Made by a program: the position numbers and the translations under genes
Shown: positions 40,205-50,802 of the stretch, piece by piece
How positions within the stretch are numbered: the first letter of the stretch is position 1
How the letters are laid out: each line of letters opens with the position of its first letter
Origin: Deltaproteobacteria bacterium
GTDB taxonomy: Bacteria; Desulfobacterota; GWC2-55-46; JAJCZF01
Length of the DNA stretch: 64,000 bases
Reading direction: 5' to 3'
Assembly: GCA_029262475.1 (NCBI GenBank)
Contig: JAJCZG010000025.1
Span: 8,224 to 72,223, forward strand
Notes under the pieces: generated by a model
Database searches by the model: none
The model's input: the letters and a program-made list of their open reading frames with translations, nothing else
What the model was told of the DNA's origin: nothing

Positions 40205-40846
40205 ATGAAATCAACCAGATTATATATTATCAGACACGGGCAGGTGGTGGACCACCACGAGTTCAGGTATAACGGCCATTCGGATGTGGATATCACGCCT
40301 TTAGGCGTAGAGCAGATGAACCGGCTCGCCGAGATGCTCGGCGACGGTGCGCACCCGGTAAAGGCGGTTTATTCGAGCGACCTCCAGCGCGCCTACAAGG
40401 GGGCGGGTATCATCGCCTCCCGCCTCGGGCTTACCCCGGAGAGGGTCGATGCCTTCAGGGAACTCCACCTCGGGCGCTGGGAGGGGCTAACGCGTGACGA
40501 GGCCGTGGAAAAGTTTCCGGACGAGGCGCACTTTACATTTCTAGACCTCGGTAAAGACAAAATCAAGGGCGGCGAGAGCCTGCCGGAGTTACGCGAAAGG
40601 GTTTTACCTGCCCTTGAAGATATAATAGAAAGCAACAGGGGGAAGGCCGTCTGCCTCGTCCTGCACGGCGGCGTTAACAGGGTGATACTCTGCGAGGCGA
40701 TGGGGCTCGGTATTGAGAATTTCTTTAGAATTGAACAGGACTACGGCTGCCTGAATGTCATCGATTATTTCGACGACGGCATTAAAGTAGTTAAGCTCCT
40801 AAACGGCGGCCCCAACCAGGATTTTAAACCCGTAAAACTCTATTAA
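40205..40846 (+). CDS. cobC: Alpha-ribazole-5'-phosphate phosphatase (histidine phosphatase family)
   Basis: RHG catalytic motif (LYIIRHGQ) and its position in the cob operon. Confidence 0.75.
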   Translation: MKSTRLYIIRHGQVVDHHEFRYNGHSDVDITPLGVEQMNRLAEMLGDGAHPVKAVYSSDLQRAYKGAGIIASRLGLTPERVDAFRELHLGRWEGLTRDEAVEKFPDEAHFTFLDLGKDKIKGGESLPELRERVLPALEDIIESNRGKAVCLVLHGGVNRVILCEAMGLGIENFFRIEQDYGCLNVIDYFDDGIKVVKLLNGGPNQDFKPVKLY

Positions 40847-40900
40847 TGGCTGGTCTTTTCAGGATGCCATCCACGTTAATTTATAATTTAAAATAAAATT

Positions 40901-42283
40901 ATGTTCATAGTTGCAGGCACAAAAAGCGGCGTCGGAAAGACTGTCGTGACACTCGGCCTTATGGGTGCCCTAAAGGAAAAGGGGCTTAATGTAAAACCCT
41001 TTAAGGCGGGGCCGGACTATATCGACCCCGGCCTCCACGAGGGGGTTTTAGGCTCTCCGTCTTATAACCTCGATACGTGGATGATGGGTATTTTGGGCGT
41101 CACCGAGACATTTGGCCGCGTTATGGCGGGCGCGGATATCGGGGTCGTCGAGGGGGTGATGGGGCTCTTTGACGGCAGGGGCGGCGTATCTGACGAGGGC
41201 TCTACGGCGCATATCGCTAAGACGCTCGGATTACCGGTTATTCTCGTAGTGGACGCCTCCAGCATGGCCAGAAGTGTTGCGGCCATTGTAAAAGGTTTTA
41301 CCGACTTCGACCCGGATATCAAATTCCTTGGAGTGATCTTTAACCGCGTAGGGAGCGAGCGCCACGCCGAGATCATAAAAGAGGCGATAGAAGAGTATAC
41401 GGACGTAAAGATTCTAGGCTTTATAAAGAGGGACGCCTTACTCGCGCTCCCGGAGCGGCATCTCGGGCTCGTTACGCGCGGCGACATAGGCAGTAGCGTA
41501 TGGAAAAAATTTATCGGAAGTGCTGTTAATGCCGTCTCAGAGGCCGTTAATATAGATTATATTATTAAGGAGGCGGCACGCCTGAAGAAGGCGCATGCTT
41601 GCGGCGTTAAGAGGATCAAGGCTCCGGGGGCTGCTTTAAAGTCCGCATCGAAAAGCGGTAATAAAAAAAATAGCAAGGTAATGATAGCTGTCGCTAGAGA
41701 CAGCGCCTTTTCATTTTACTACAGGGAAAATCTCGAAATACTCACCTCTCTCGGCGCGGAGATAAAGTTCTTTAGCCCCATGAAGGATAAGGGCTTGCCA
41801 CCGGGCGTAAGGGGGGTTTATCTCGGAGGCGGCTACCCGGAGCTCTACGGCGAAGCACTTGCGGCAAATACCTCCATGAGGGAAGCTATAAAAGCCTTCT
41901 CAAACTCCGGCGCTCCGGTCTTCGCCGAGTGCGGGGGGCTCATATATTTAGGCAAGAGGGTAAAGTGCGCCGGGAATAAAGGTTTTGACATGGCCGGGGT
42001 ATTCCCGTGGACTTGCAGGATGTTAAAGCGGCGTAAGGCGCTCGGCTACAGGGAGCTTACGGCAACGGGCGGCGAGTTCTTCCTTCGGGAAGGCGAGTCC
42101 GTAAGGGGACACGAGTTCCATTATTCCGAGATCATGGGCGAGCACAAAGGGGTTCGCAGGGTATTTGGCGGTTACGGTTACCAGAGAGAGCGGACGCTTG
42201 CGAGTTACGTGCACATCCACTTTGCCTCTAACCCGGAGTTCGCCGTAAATTTTATTAGAGAATGTGAAAAAAACAATAGATAG
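40901..42283 (+). CDS. cbiA: Cobyrinate a,c-diamide synthase
   Basis: N-terminal AGTKSGVGKTVVTLGL ATPase domain and C-terminal glutamine amidotransferase domain (ECGGLIYLG). Confidence 0.85.
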   Translation: MFIVAGTKSGVGKTVVTLGLMGALKEKGLNVKPFKAGPDYIDPGLHEGVLGSPSYNLDTWMMGILGVTETFGRVMAGADIGVVEGVMGLFDGRGGVSDEGSTAHIAKTLGLPVILVVDASSMARSVAAIVKGFTDFDPDIKFLGVIFNRVGSERHAEIIKEAIEEYTDVKILGFIKRDALLALPERHLGLVTRGDIGSSVWKKFIGSAVNAVSEAVNIDYIIKEAARLKKAHACGVKRIKAPGAALKSASKSGNKKNSKVMIAVARDSAFSFYYRENLEILTSLGAEIKFFSPMKDKGLPPGVRGVYLGGGYPELYGEALAANTSMREAIKAFSNSGAPVFAECGGLIYLGKRVKCAGNKGFDMAGVFPWTCRMLKRRKALGYRELTATGGEFFLREGESVRGHEFHYSEIMGEHKGVRRVFGGYGYQRERTLASYVHIHFASNPEFAVNFIRECEKNNR

Positions 42284-42301
42284 AAGAAAGGTTATAAATT
42301 A

Positions 42302-43606
42302 ATGACAACACAGATAGAGGCGGCTAGAAATGGGCAAGTTACCCCTGAGATGACTTCGGCGGCAATGGGCGACGAGCTTACGGCTAATGAGATGATGGAA
42401 GAGATTGCCGCAGGCAGGGTGGTGATACCGAATAACTCCGGGCGTAAGGCGCGGCACGTCGGCATCGGCATGGGGCTAAGGACGAAGGTCAACGCCAGTA
42501 TTGGCACCTCATCGGATATTATAGATCTTAAGGCCGAGGTCGAAAAGGCGATAGCCGCAGAAGAGGCCGGGGCAGATACCCTTATGGAGCTTTCCACGGG
42601 CGGGGATCTCGATTTCATAAGGAGAGAGGTTCTCGGGGCCGTTAACCTACAGGTCGGAAGCGTGCCTCTATACCAGGCATTCGCTGAAGCCGTTAAGAAG
42701 TATCACGACCCGAATAAACTCACAGAGGAGATGCTCTTTGACGTGCTTGAGCGCCAGTGCGCGGACGGCATATCCTTTATGGCCGTGCATTGCGGCATAA
42801 ATAGGCTTACAATAGAGAGACTAAACCGTCAGGGGTACCGTTACGGCGGTCTCGTCTCAAGGGGCGGGTCATATATGGTCGGCTGGATGCTCGCTAATGG
42901 CAAGGAAAACCCCCTCTATGAACAATTCGACCGTGTCGTAGAGATTTTAAAAAAGTACGACGTCGTATTAAGTCTCGGTAACGGCTTAAGGGCCGGGGCC
43001 GTACACGACAGCCTGGACAGGGCTCAGGTTCAAGAGCTCCTTATAAACTGCGAACTCGCCGAAATGGGGCAGGAGATGGGGTGCCAGATGATGTGCGAGG
43101 GCCCTGGGCATCTGCCGCTTGATGATATTGAGGCTAATGTAAAGCTACAAAAACGCATGAGCATGGACGCGCCGTTTTATGTGCTCGGCCCGCTTACGAC
43201 GGATATCGCCGCAGGCTACGATCATATCTCCGCAGCCATAGGCTCTGCCGAGGCGGCGCGCTACGGAGCGGACCTTATCTGTTACGTTACTCCCGCAGAG
43301 CACTTAGCACTCCCGTCCAGGGAAGATGTCGTTGAGGGGGTAAGGGCAGCGCGTGTGGCGGCGCACGTCGGTGATATGGTAAAATTAAAGAAGACCTCGC
43401 GTGACAGGGATATGGCGAAGGCGAGGAGGGACCTTAGATGGGAAGACCAATTCTCGTTAGCACTATTCGGTGACAAGGCGCGGGAGATAAGGGCGACGAG
43501 GAGCCCGGAGAATGAGGATAGTTGTACGATGTGCGGCAAGTTCTGCGCTTTGGATAATGTAAACCACTTCTTCGCCGAGAGTCTTCAGAACGGGATAAAG
43601 GGGTAA
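42302..43606 (+). CDS. ThiC-family radical-SAM enzyme, probably the 5-hydroxybenzimidazole synthase BzaF rather than thiamine HMP-P synthase
   Basis: ThiC-like length (434 aa) and the C-terminal CX2CX4C cluster motif CTMCGKFCA. It is the last gene of the B12-riboswitch-controlled cob operon, not a TPP-riboswitch context. Confidence 0.7.
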   Translation: MTTQIEAARNGQVTPEMTSAAMGDELTANEMMEEIAAGRVVIPNNSGRKARHVGIGMGLRTKVNASIGTSSDIIDLKAEVEKAIAAEEAGADTLMELSTGGDLDFIRREVLGAVNLQVGSVPLYQAFAEAVKKYHDPNKLTEEMLFDVLERQCADGISFMAVHCGINRLTIERLNRQGYRYGGLVSRGGSYMVGWMLANGKENPLYEQFDRVVEILKKYDVVLSLGNGLRAGAVHDSLDRAQVQELLINCELAEMGQEMGCQMMCEGPGHLPLDDIEANVKLQKRMSMDAPFYVLGPLTTDIAAGYDHISAAIGSAEAARYGADLICYVTPAEHLALPSREDVVEGVRAARVAAHVGDMVKLKKTSRDRDMAKARRDLRWEDQFSLALFGDKAREIRATRSPENEDSCTMCGKFCALDNVNHFFAESLQNGIKG

Positions 43607-43664
43607 GGAGTAATCTTTCCGGTACCGTATAGGACGGCGAAGCATTTATATTATTGAGCTAACA

Positions 43665-44570
43665 ATGAAATACTCATACGGTGTTCCCATGAAGAGGCTA
43701 AGTATAGTTGTTTTCCTGTTTATCGCCCTTTTTACGCCGCTCTCGGCCAATGCCTTCGGCCCTTCGGCCCATAAGGTAATAGTGCGTATCGCCTATAACA
43801 ACCTTACTGAAGAGGCCACTCGCGCGGTGGATTCGATCATCTCCGTTGAGATGGATTTCGACGATAGGAATTTAGAACGAGCCGCAACGTGGGCCGACAG
43901 GGTAAGGGGCCATGACAGCTACGATTACCTCTCAAAGCTCCATTTTACGAACCTCCCTAAGTGGGCCGAGTCGTACGTGAAAGAGCGGGATTGTCTAAGC
44001 GGGAGCTGCCTCACGGAGGCGGCATCCGAGTATCTAAAAATTCTTGGCGATGAAACCTACTCGCCGACAGAACGCCTCGTAGCCCTTAAACTCGTCATGC
44101 ACTTCGTGGCAGACCTTCACCAGCCGCTCCACCTGGGGCTCTTCGAAGACCGGGGAGGAAACCTTATCAAGGTACGCTTCAGGGGGGAGGCTACTAACCT
44201 CCACAGGGTTTGGGATAGCCGACTGGTAAGGGTTCGCATGGGTAAAAAGGGGGTAAATCGCTACGCCGATGAGCTGAGCGCCAGAGCCCGGAGGCCGGTA
44301 TGGTCCGGGGATAACGGGTGCGAGGGGGACGATATTTTTAGAGACTGGACCGAAGAGTCGCGAAGTATTGCGATGAAGCACGCCTACAGGGTAGACGGCC
44401 TTGACGCCTCCGGGCTCCGCGGCGGCCATTCTAATTCGGGTCGCATCGACCTTTCGGAGGGTTATATATTAAGAAGCGCTCGCATCGCGGAAGAGAGGCT
44501 CATGACGGCCGGCCGTCGCCTGGCATGCGTCCTTAACCGCGCTTTCCCGGAGGCCGGGGAGAAGAGGTAA
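43665..44570 (+). CDS. Secreted S1/P1-family nuclease
   Basis: Signal peptide, FGPSAHKVI, and HFVADLHQPLH zinc-ligand motifs. Confidence 0.7.
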   Translation: MKYSYGVPMKRLSIVVFLFIALFTPLSANAFGPSAHKVIVRIAYNNLTEEATRAVDSIISVEMDFDDRNLERAATWADRVRGHDSYDYLSKLHFTNLPKWAESYVKERDCLSGSCLTEAASEYLKILGDETYSPTERLVALKLVMHFVADLHQPLHLGLFEDRGGNLIKVRFRGEATNLHRVWDSRLVRVRMGKKGVNRYADELSARARRPVWSGDNGCEGDDIFRDWTEESRSIAMKHAYRVDGLDASGLRGGHSNSGRIDLSEGYILRSARIAEERLMTAGRRLACVLNRAFPEAGEKR

Positions 44571-44605
44571 TAAGATCAGTTTAACGTTTAGAGAGGAGAA
44601 TTATA

Positions 44606-44848
44606 ATGTCACTTCAAATAAAATTATATCAGCTAGATGGGTGCCCGTACTGTAAGAGGGTTAGGGATACGCTTGAAACAAAAGGTCTCGATTACGAATC
44701 CGTTTGGGTGTACGCCGGTAACGACGACGAGGATAGAGAGATGCTTACCTCAATCTCCGGACAGCGCTTCGTTCCGGTACTCGATTACGACGGAAAGATA
44801 ATCACCGAGAGCGAGAAGATAGTCGAGTTCCTAAACGAACGCCACTAG
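44606..44848 (+). CDS. Glutaredoxin-like protein
   Basis: An 80-aa protein with a CPYC active site and a thioredoxin-fold pattern. Confidence 0.65.
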   Translation: MSLQIKLYQLDGCPYCKRVRDTLETKGLDYESVWVYAGNDDEDREMLTSISGQRFVPVLDYDGKIITESEKIVEFLNERH

Positions 44849-44877
44849 GCATACCGGTGTGGCCAGCCATCGCCAAC

Positions 44878-45062
44878 GCATGGCTTAAATACGCGCACCG
44901 TGGAGCATAAGACACATGGCGTGCCGTACTACGCGGCGGCTGCGTGTGCAGTACTTAACTTCAACCTTCGACGCGTAGTAGATGATCGAAACACCTAAGG
45001 CGGTTAGCTGTGCAGTCAGAATCGGCCTTCATTTAGTAGCGTGCTCAGCGTATAAATCCACA
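44878..45062. repeat. Dispersed intergenic repeat, locus B
   Basis: GGCTTAAATACGCGCACCG...CCGTACTACGCGGCGGCTGCGTGTGCAG...AGCGTGCTCAGCGTATAAATCC, in the same module order as locus A. Confidence 0.7.
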
Positions 45063-45146
45063 CTGGCGCTGAGTTTTCTGTTAAGATGTTTCCTGTCTTT
45101 TATATCTAAACTTTCTATTATTAATAATTATAAATTTCGAGGTTAA

Positions 45147-46673
45147 ATGCTTGCAAGGGTTCTATCGGCTTCTGTAACGGGAATAGACGCTACCCCTGTT
45201 GAGGTGGAGGTGGATATTACGCGCGGTCTCCCGGCGTTTTCTACGGTCGGTCTTCCTGATAACGCCGTTAAGGAGAGCAGGGAACGTGTTCGGAGCGCTG
45301 TGAAGAACTCGGGTTACGCCTTCCCTGCCAAGCGTATTACCGTTAACCTCGCCCCCGCTGACGTAAAGAAGGAAGGGACGATTTTCGATCTGCCGGTGGC
45401 CGTTGGTATACTCATCGCCGAAGGGATAGTGCCTAAAGAGAGTGTTGAGGGGTACTTCGTGGTCGGCGAGCTTTCGCTTGACGGCTCGATACGTCCGGTA
45501 AAGGGTACGCTGCCGGTAGCCGTATGCGCTCACGGCGAGTCCAGGGGTATAATAGTCCCTGCGGCGAATAGCGAAGAGGCCGCTCTGGTGGAAGGGTTAA
45601 AGGTCATCGGCGTTGAGAGCCTCGCCGCACTCGTGGAGTTTCTCTGCGGCAGAGATGATATTGAACCATTCAGTGTGGATATAAACGGGTATTTTGACGA
45701 GGACGCCGAAACCCGCCTTGATCTCTCGGAGGTAAAGGGACAGGAGTATGTAAAGAGGGCTCTTGAGGTGGCGGCTGCCGGTTCTCACAATATGCTTATG
45801 ATAGGCCCGCCCGGCTCCGGGAAGACGATGCTTGCCAGGAGGCTCCCGACGATACTCCCCGCCATGTCCCTGGGTGAGGCGATAGAGACGACGAAGATAC
45901 ACTCGGTTGCCGGACAGATAGGGGCAGGGAAGGTGCTCATCACAGAGAGGCCGTTTCGCTCGCCCCATCATACGATATCGGACGCGGCCCTGACGGGCGG
46001 AGGTCAGATACCGAGGCCCGGTGAAGTGAGCCTCGCCCATAATGGCGTCCTCTTCCTTGATGAGCTCCTTGAGTTTAAGAAGAATGTCCTGGAAGTGCTC
46101 AGACAACCCCTGGAGGACGGCGTAGTAACCATAGCGCGCGTTGCCCAGACCCTTACCTACCCTTCGAGTTTTATGCTAGTAGGCGCCATGAACCCCTGCC
46201 CGTGCGGTTTCCTCGGAGACCTTGACCGGGAGTGCCGGTGCTCGCCGCTTGAGATAAAGCGCTACAGGGGGAAGCTATCCGGCCCGCTCCTGGACCGTAT
46301 AGATATACATACGGAGGTGCCGTCGGTGCGCTTCCGGGAGCTTACGGACGAGCGCAGGGGCGAGGGTTCCATTGATGTCAAGGCGCGGGTCGATCGGGCC
46401 AGGGACGCCCAGAAGGAGAGGTTCAAAGACGCCGGGGTATTCGCCAACGCACATATGTCGTCGCGTGATATCAAGAAGCACTGCGCCGTTGACCTGAAAA
46501 GCAAAAGCATACTTGAGAATGCCGTAGATAAACTTTCGCTCTCGGCGAGGGCGTATACGAGGATACTCAAAGTAGCTAGAACCATCGCCGATCTCGACGG
46601 CTCCGAGACCATTAATAAAGAGCATATATCCGAGGCCGTGCAGTACCGCTCTCTGGACAGGCCGGTTTACTGA
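45147..46673 (+). CDS. comM: YifB/ComM-family Mg-chelatase-like AAA+ ATPase
   Basis: N-terminal Lon-like domain, Walker A GPPGSGKTM, and a 508-aa ChlI-like fold. Confidence 0.85.
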   Translation: MLARVLSASVTGIDATPVEVEVDITRGLPAFSTVGLPDNAVKESRERVRSAVKNSGYAFPAKRITVNLAPADVKKEGTIFDLPVAVGILIAEGIVPKESVEGYFVVGELSLDGSIRPVKGTLPVAVCAHGESRGIIVPAANSEEAALVEGLKVIGVESLAALVEFLCGRDDIEPFSVDINGYFDEDAETRLDLSEVKGQEYVKRALEVAAAGSHNMLMIGPPGSGKTMLARRLPTILPAMSLGEAIETTKIHSVAGQIGAGKVLITERPFRSPHHTISDAALTGGGQIPRPGEVSLAHNGVLFLDELLEFKKNVLEVLRQPLEDGVVTIARVAQTLTYPSSFMLVGAMNPCPCGFLGDLDRECRCSPLEIKRYRGKLSGPLLDRIDIHTEVPSVRFRELTDERRGEGSIDVKARVDRARDAQKERFKDAGVFANAHMSSRDIKKHCAVDLKSKSILENAVDKLSLSARAYTRILKVARTIADLDGSETINKEHISEAVQYRSLDRPVY

Positions 46674-46859
46674 CTCAGCTCCGTTAAAAAACTTTAATGG
46701 AACAGTAATAATTGCTAAAATCTTATGACGTACAATATCTACTCCCGGAGGCGGCCCGTGGAGGGCTTCTTCGAGATAAGTTTCTTCCGTTTTATATGAA
46801 AAAAGGACCACCACACTCAACCGGCATTTCTGAAAATAATTATACTAAGGAGATATTTT

Positions 46860-47741
46860 ATGCGCCCACTTCAAAAAACTGTTACGGCACTCTTATTTAT
46901 TATATTCGTTTCCGTGGTCTTCGCCGGGGTTTCTACGGCTGCTATGGGGGTAAACGAGTGGTATGAAAAGGGCAATAAGCATTTCACCGGTAAGGAGTAC
47001 GATAAGGCGATAGAAAGTTACTCAAAGGCAATAGATATGGATAAGAGCTATCCGGCCATATTCTATAATCGCGGGAACGCTTATTTTAACCTCGGTAAGT
47101 ATCAGGAGTTTATAAAGGACTACACCAGGGCAATCATTCTTGACTCGAAGAACCCCCACGCTTACGTTAACCGCGCGGCCGGGTACAGGATGATCGGTGA
47201 AGTTCAAAAGGCGATAGACGACTATACCTCTGCCATCGCACTCGAAGAGAGTAGCGATAACTACTATAACCGCGGCCTCATCCATTTCGACGCGGCCAAC
47301 TTCAGTGAGGCTGTAAGCGACTACACGAGCGCGATAAAGATGGACTCCAAAAACATCTTCGCATACAACAACAGGGGTATCATCCACGCAATGGGCGGCA
47401 GGTTCGAGGATGCCGCCTCTGACTTTACAAAGGTAATAGAGATGGATGATAAGAACACACAGGCCTACAATAATAGAGGCAATACCTACCTTGACAGGGG
47501 AAAGTTCAAGGACGCCACGGCCGATTATGAGAAGGCCTTAAAGATTGACTCCGACTATGAGGAGGCCTATTACAGCCTTGGCCGGGTAAAGGCGATGATG
47601 GGGGACACGAAGGGTTCGTGCGCTAGCATCGAGACGGCGCTGGAGAAGGGGTTTGACGACTTGAATAAATTAAGGACGGATGCCTCGTTCGATAATATTC
47701 GTGACAGCACGTGCTTTGGTAAGATTCTTGGAAGGTTATAG
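46860..47741 (+). CDS. Secreted TPR-repeat protein
   Basis: Signal peptide plus about eight 34-aa TPR units (AYxNRGxAYxxxGxxxxAIxDY). Confidence 0.6.
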   Translation: MRPLQKTVTALLFIIFVSVVFAGVSTAAMGVNEWYEKGNKHFTGKEYDKAIESYSKAIDMDKSYPAIFYNRGNAYFNLGKYQEFIKDYTRAIILDSKNPHAYVNRAAGYRMIGEVQKAIDDYTSAIALEESSDNYYNRGLIHFDAANFSEAVSDYTSAIKMDSKNIFAYNNRGIIHAMGGRFEDAASDFTKVIEMDDKNTQAYNNRGNTYLDRGKFKDATADYEKALKIDSDYEEAYYSLGRVKAMMGDTKGSCASIETALEKGFDDLNKLRTDASFDNIRDSTCFGKILGRL

Positions 47742-47775
47742 TTTCATTCATTTACCGGCAAAGAAGAGATTTTAA

Positions 47776-48180
47776 ATGCGACTTCTAAAAGGTCTTCTAC
47801 TCGTCTATATGCTTTTTATCCTGTCCGGGTGCGCGACAATATCGAAGACTACGGTCAAGCCGGGTGTAAGGACGAGTGCCGTGACCGCCGCTCCGGGAGA
47901 AGTATTCCTCGACTACTCCGACAGGGGGTTTTTTAACGGCGAGCGGACAATATATACGGTTCGTTCCGTCGGGGAGGAGGATTTTACGCTGGAGTCGAGC
48001 ACTTACAAAAAGGGCGTTAATTACAGCACGAAACTCGCCCTTGGAGAGTGGCATCGCGATATCGGCTTTCAAAAAGAATACCTCTATCCGGTGACGAGCG
48101 GCAGGGTAGTGATCGACGACATTGAGTTTATTATCCTTTCTGTAACGGACGGCGCCGTAAGCTACAGGCGCGTTAAATAA
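47776..48180 (+). CDS. Hypothetical lipoprotein
   Basis: Lipobox ILSGCAT. No recognisable domain. Confidence 0.4.
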   Translation: MRLLKGLLLVYMLFILSGCATISKTTVKPGVRTSAVTAAPGEVFLDYSDRGFFNGERTIYTVRSVGEEDFTLESSTYKKGVNYSTKLALGEWHRDIGFQKEYLYPVTSGRVVIDDIEFIILSVTDGAVSYRRVK

Positions 48181-48296
48181 CCTACCCACCTCTGCCTTCC
48201 GGTTAACGCAAGGCGAAGAACTCGCCATTTACCAGCCAGTGCACTGCTTATCTGCTATAATAAAAATATATAATTAACCTGAAAGGCGGTTTCGTC

Positions 48297-50399
48297 ATGG
48301 AAGATAAAGAGACAAGGAAGCCCAATAGGCTCATTAACGAAAAGAGCCCGTACCTATTGCAGCACGCACATAACCCTGTCGAGTGGTATCCATGGGGTGA
48401 GGAGGCATTTGAACTCGCCCGCACCGAAGATAAACCTGTACTCCTTTCAATAGGCTACCGCTCGTGCCACTGGTGCCACGTTATGGAGGATGAGGTCTTT
48501 GAGGATAAGGACGCAGCGACGGCGATAAACGATACCTTCATCTCTATAAAGGTGGATCGTGAGGAGAGGCCCGACGTTGACTCCATCTATATGGCCGCAG
48601 CCCAGAGCGCCGGGACGAGGGGCGGCTGGCCTCTCAATATCTTACTTACACCGGATAAAAAACCCTTCTTCGCCGCTACCTATATACCCAAAGAGAGCCG
48701 GGGCGGGCAAATGGGTATGATGGATATGGCCGAGAAGATAAGGGCACTGTGGAAATTACAGAGGGAGGATATAGAGAAGGCCTCCGCTGAGATTACCTCA
48801 ATGATCTCTGCGAAACCCACCTACGCAGAAGAGGGTGATGGGGGGGCAGGGGAATGGGGAGAGTTCATGAGTGAAGCTTACACCGAACTCGCTTCGCGCT
48901 TCGACCCTAAATACGGCGGCTTCTGGCACGCGCCCAAATTTCCAACGCCGCATCTGCTATCGTTTCTCCTCAGATACTGGCAAAGCTCCGGCGACGGGAA
49001 AGCTCTGGAGATGGTGGAGACTAGCCTCAGGGGGATGCGCCGTGGCGGGGTATTCGACCACTTGGGTTTCGGCTTCCATCGTTACTCGACAGACGAGAAG
49101 TGGCACCTCCCGCACTTCGAGAAGATGCTCTACGATCAGGCGCTCATCGCCGTCGCGTATACCGAGGCATGGCAGGCGACAGGGAAAGAGGATTTCGCGA
49201 GGACGTGCCGTGAGATAATGGAGTATGTCCTGAGGGATATGAGGTGCTCGATTACCGGCGGCTTCTTTTCGGGAGAGGACGCCGACACAAACGGAGTCGA
49301 AGGGGCAACTTATACGTGGAAAGAAGACGAGATACGCGCCGCCCTCTCCGAGGAGGAGGCCGATATCGTAATAAGGGCTTTTGCCGTAAGCCCTGACGGA
49401 AACTTTAGCGATGAGGCTACGGGGGTAAGGAGCGGAACGAATGTCCTTGGCCTCTCAGAGGACTGGGGACATATCTCCGACGCCATACGCGAAAAACTAC
49501 TTGCCGTGCGCGAGGAGCGTGATCGCCCGTTCATGGACGATAAGATTCTTACCGATTGGAACGGACTTATGATCGCTGCGCTCTCAAGGGCCTCAGCCGC
49601 CTTAGGTAAAGATGAGTACGCTTTAGCCGCCGGTAAAGCCGCAGATTTTATCCTCGCCGAATTAATGGACGAGAAGGGGCGTCTCCTTCACCGTTACAGA
49701 GACGGAGAGGCGGCAATAGAGGCGCACGCCGACGACTACGCCTTCTTCATCTGGGGGCTGATGGAGCTCTACGAGGCGACATTTAATACCCGGTATCTGA
49801 AGGCCGCCATCGACCTTAATTCGGTCTTTATCGAAGATTTCTGGGACGAGAAATCCGGAGGCTTCTATATGTCGAGGAGTGAGGCCAAAGACCTCATCAT
49901 TCGCCAAAAACTCGTCATGGACAACGCATACCCGTCCGCAAACTCGGTAGCCATGCTTAACCTATTGAAGCTCTCTGGAATTACCGGGGACGAGGGTTTG
50001 AGGGAGAGGGCCACGGAACTCGCCTCAGCGTTTAGAGGAGAGCTTTCGGCCAGTCCGTCTTCTGCGGGTCAACTCTTGATAGCGCTCGATTTCGCCACCT
50101 CACCTCTCTCCGAGGTCGTGATCGCAGGCGACCCTGACGCAGGCAGCACAAAAGACATGCTACGGCTCCTAAGGAGTGGTTTTTACCCGAATAAGGTTGT
50201 TATGTTTCGCCCGACAGAAGGCACTACCGTAGATAGCGAGGCTCCGTCCATAGAGGAGTTGGCGCCGTTTATAGGACTTATCGGAGGCGAAGAGGGGGCC
50301 GCCACTGCTTACGTATGCAGGGACAGGGCGTGCAATAGCCCGACGGTCGATCCCCTGGAGATGATAAGGCTTCTCTCGGAAGGAGAGGTCAAATACTAA
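48297..50399 (+). CDS. Thioredoxin-domain protein YyaL (DUF255 N-terminal domain plus (alpha/alpha)6 N-acylglucosamine-epimerase-like C-terminal domain)
   Basis: [25 protein letters not shown]...[13 protein letters not shown]. Confidence 0.8.
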   Translation: MEDKETRKPNRLINEKSPYLLQHAHNPVEWYPWGEEAFELARTEDKPVLLSIGYRSCHWCHVMEDEVFEDKDAATAINDTFISIKVDREERPDVDSIYMAAAQSAGTRGGWPLNILLTPDKKPFFAATYIPKESRGGQMGMMDMAEKIRALWKLQREDIEKASAEITSMISAKPTYAEEGDGGAGEWGEFMSEAYTELASRFDPKYGGFWHAPKFPTPHLLSFLLRYWQSSGDGKALEMVETSLRGMRRGGVFDHLGFGFHRYSTDEKWHLPHFEKMLYDQALIAVAYTEAWQATGKEDFARTCREIMEYVLRDMRCSITGGFFSGEDADTNGVEGATYTWKEDEIRAALSEEEADIVIRAFAVSPDGNFSDEATGVRSGTNVLGLSEDWGHISDAIREKLLAVREERDRPFMDDKILTDWNGLMIAALSRASAALGKDEYALAAGKAADFILAELMDEKGRLLHRYRDGEAAIEAHADDYAFFIWGLMELYEATFNTRYLKAAIDLNSVFIEDFWDEKSGGFYMSRSEAKDLIIRQKLVMDNAYPSANSVAMLNLLKLSGITGDEGLRERATELASAFRGELSASPSSAGQLLIALDFATSPLSEVVIAGDPDAGSTKDMLRLLRSGFYPNKVVMFRPTEGTTVDSEAPSIEELAPFIGLIGGEEGAATAYVCRDRACNSPTVDPLEMIRLLSEGEVKY

Positions 50400-50404
50400 C
50401 CGAT

Positions 50405-50790
50405 CGGCCCGGTTTTATACGCTGAGCGCGCTCCTAACTCAAAGGTCGTCAAATATATTTTACTGCAACTGCAACCACCGCGTAGAAATAGACCCGAAAA
50501 ACATATGCTCTTCGTTGCGCGTTTTAAAGGCACACCAGTGTGCCTTTGCTCGCTGAGCGCGCTGTTAAAAGAAGGCCAGTCAGGTTTTTTCAATTAGGTG
50601 TCCGCAACCGTAGCGTAGAAGCAGACCAGTGTGCGTTTGCTTGCTGAGCGCGCTGTTAAAAGAAAGCCAATCAAGTTTTTCCAATTAGGTGCCCGCAACC
50701 GCCGCGTAGAAATGGTTTCGAAAACTATATGCTCTCCGTTGCGCGGATTGAGGGCAGGCTAGCCTGCTTGCGGGTTTTAATTTAAGATGG
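50405..50790. repeat. Dispersed intergenic repeat, locus C: inverted copy plus an internal ~105-bp tandem duplication
   Basis: GGTTTTATACGCTGAGCGCGCT is the reverse complement of the locus A/B module. The duplication spans 50530-50635 and 50636-50735. Palindrome AAAGGCACACCAGTGTGCCTTT. Confidence 0.7.
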
Positions 50791-50802
50791 TATCATAGCG
50801 CG

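Noticed and set aside
42302-43606. Annotating the ThiC-family gene simply as thiamine HMP-P synthase
   Set aside because: Its position as the terminal gene of a cobalamin-riboswitch operon next to cobT, cobS and cobC favours the BzaF paralog. This is left as a ThiC-family call pending phylogeny.
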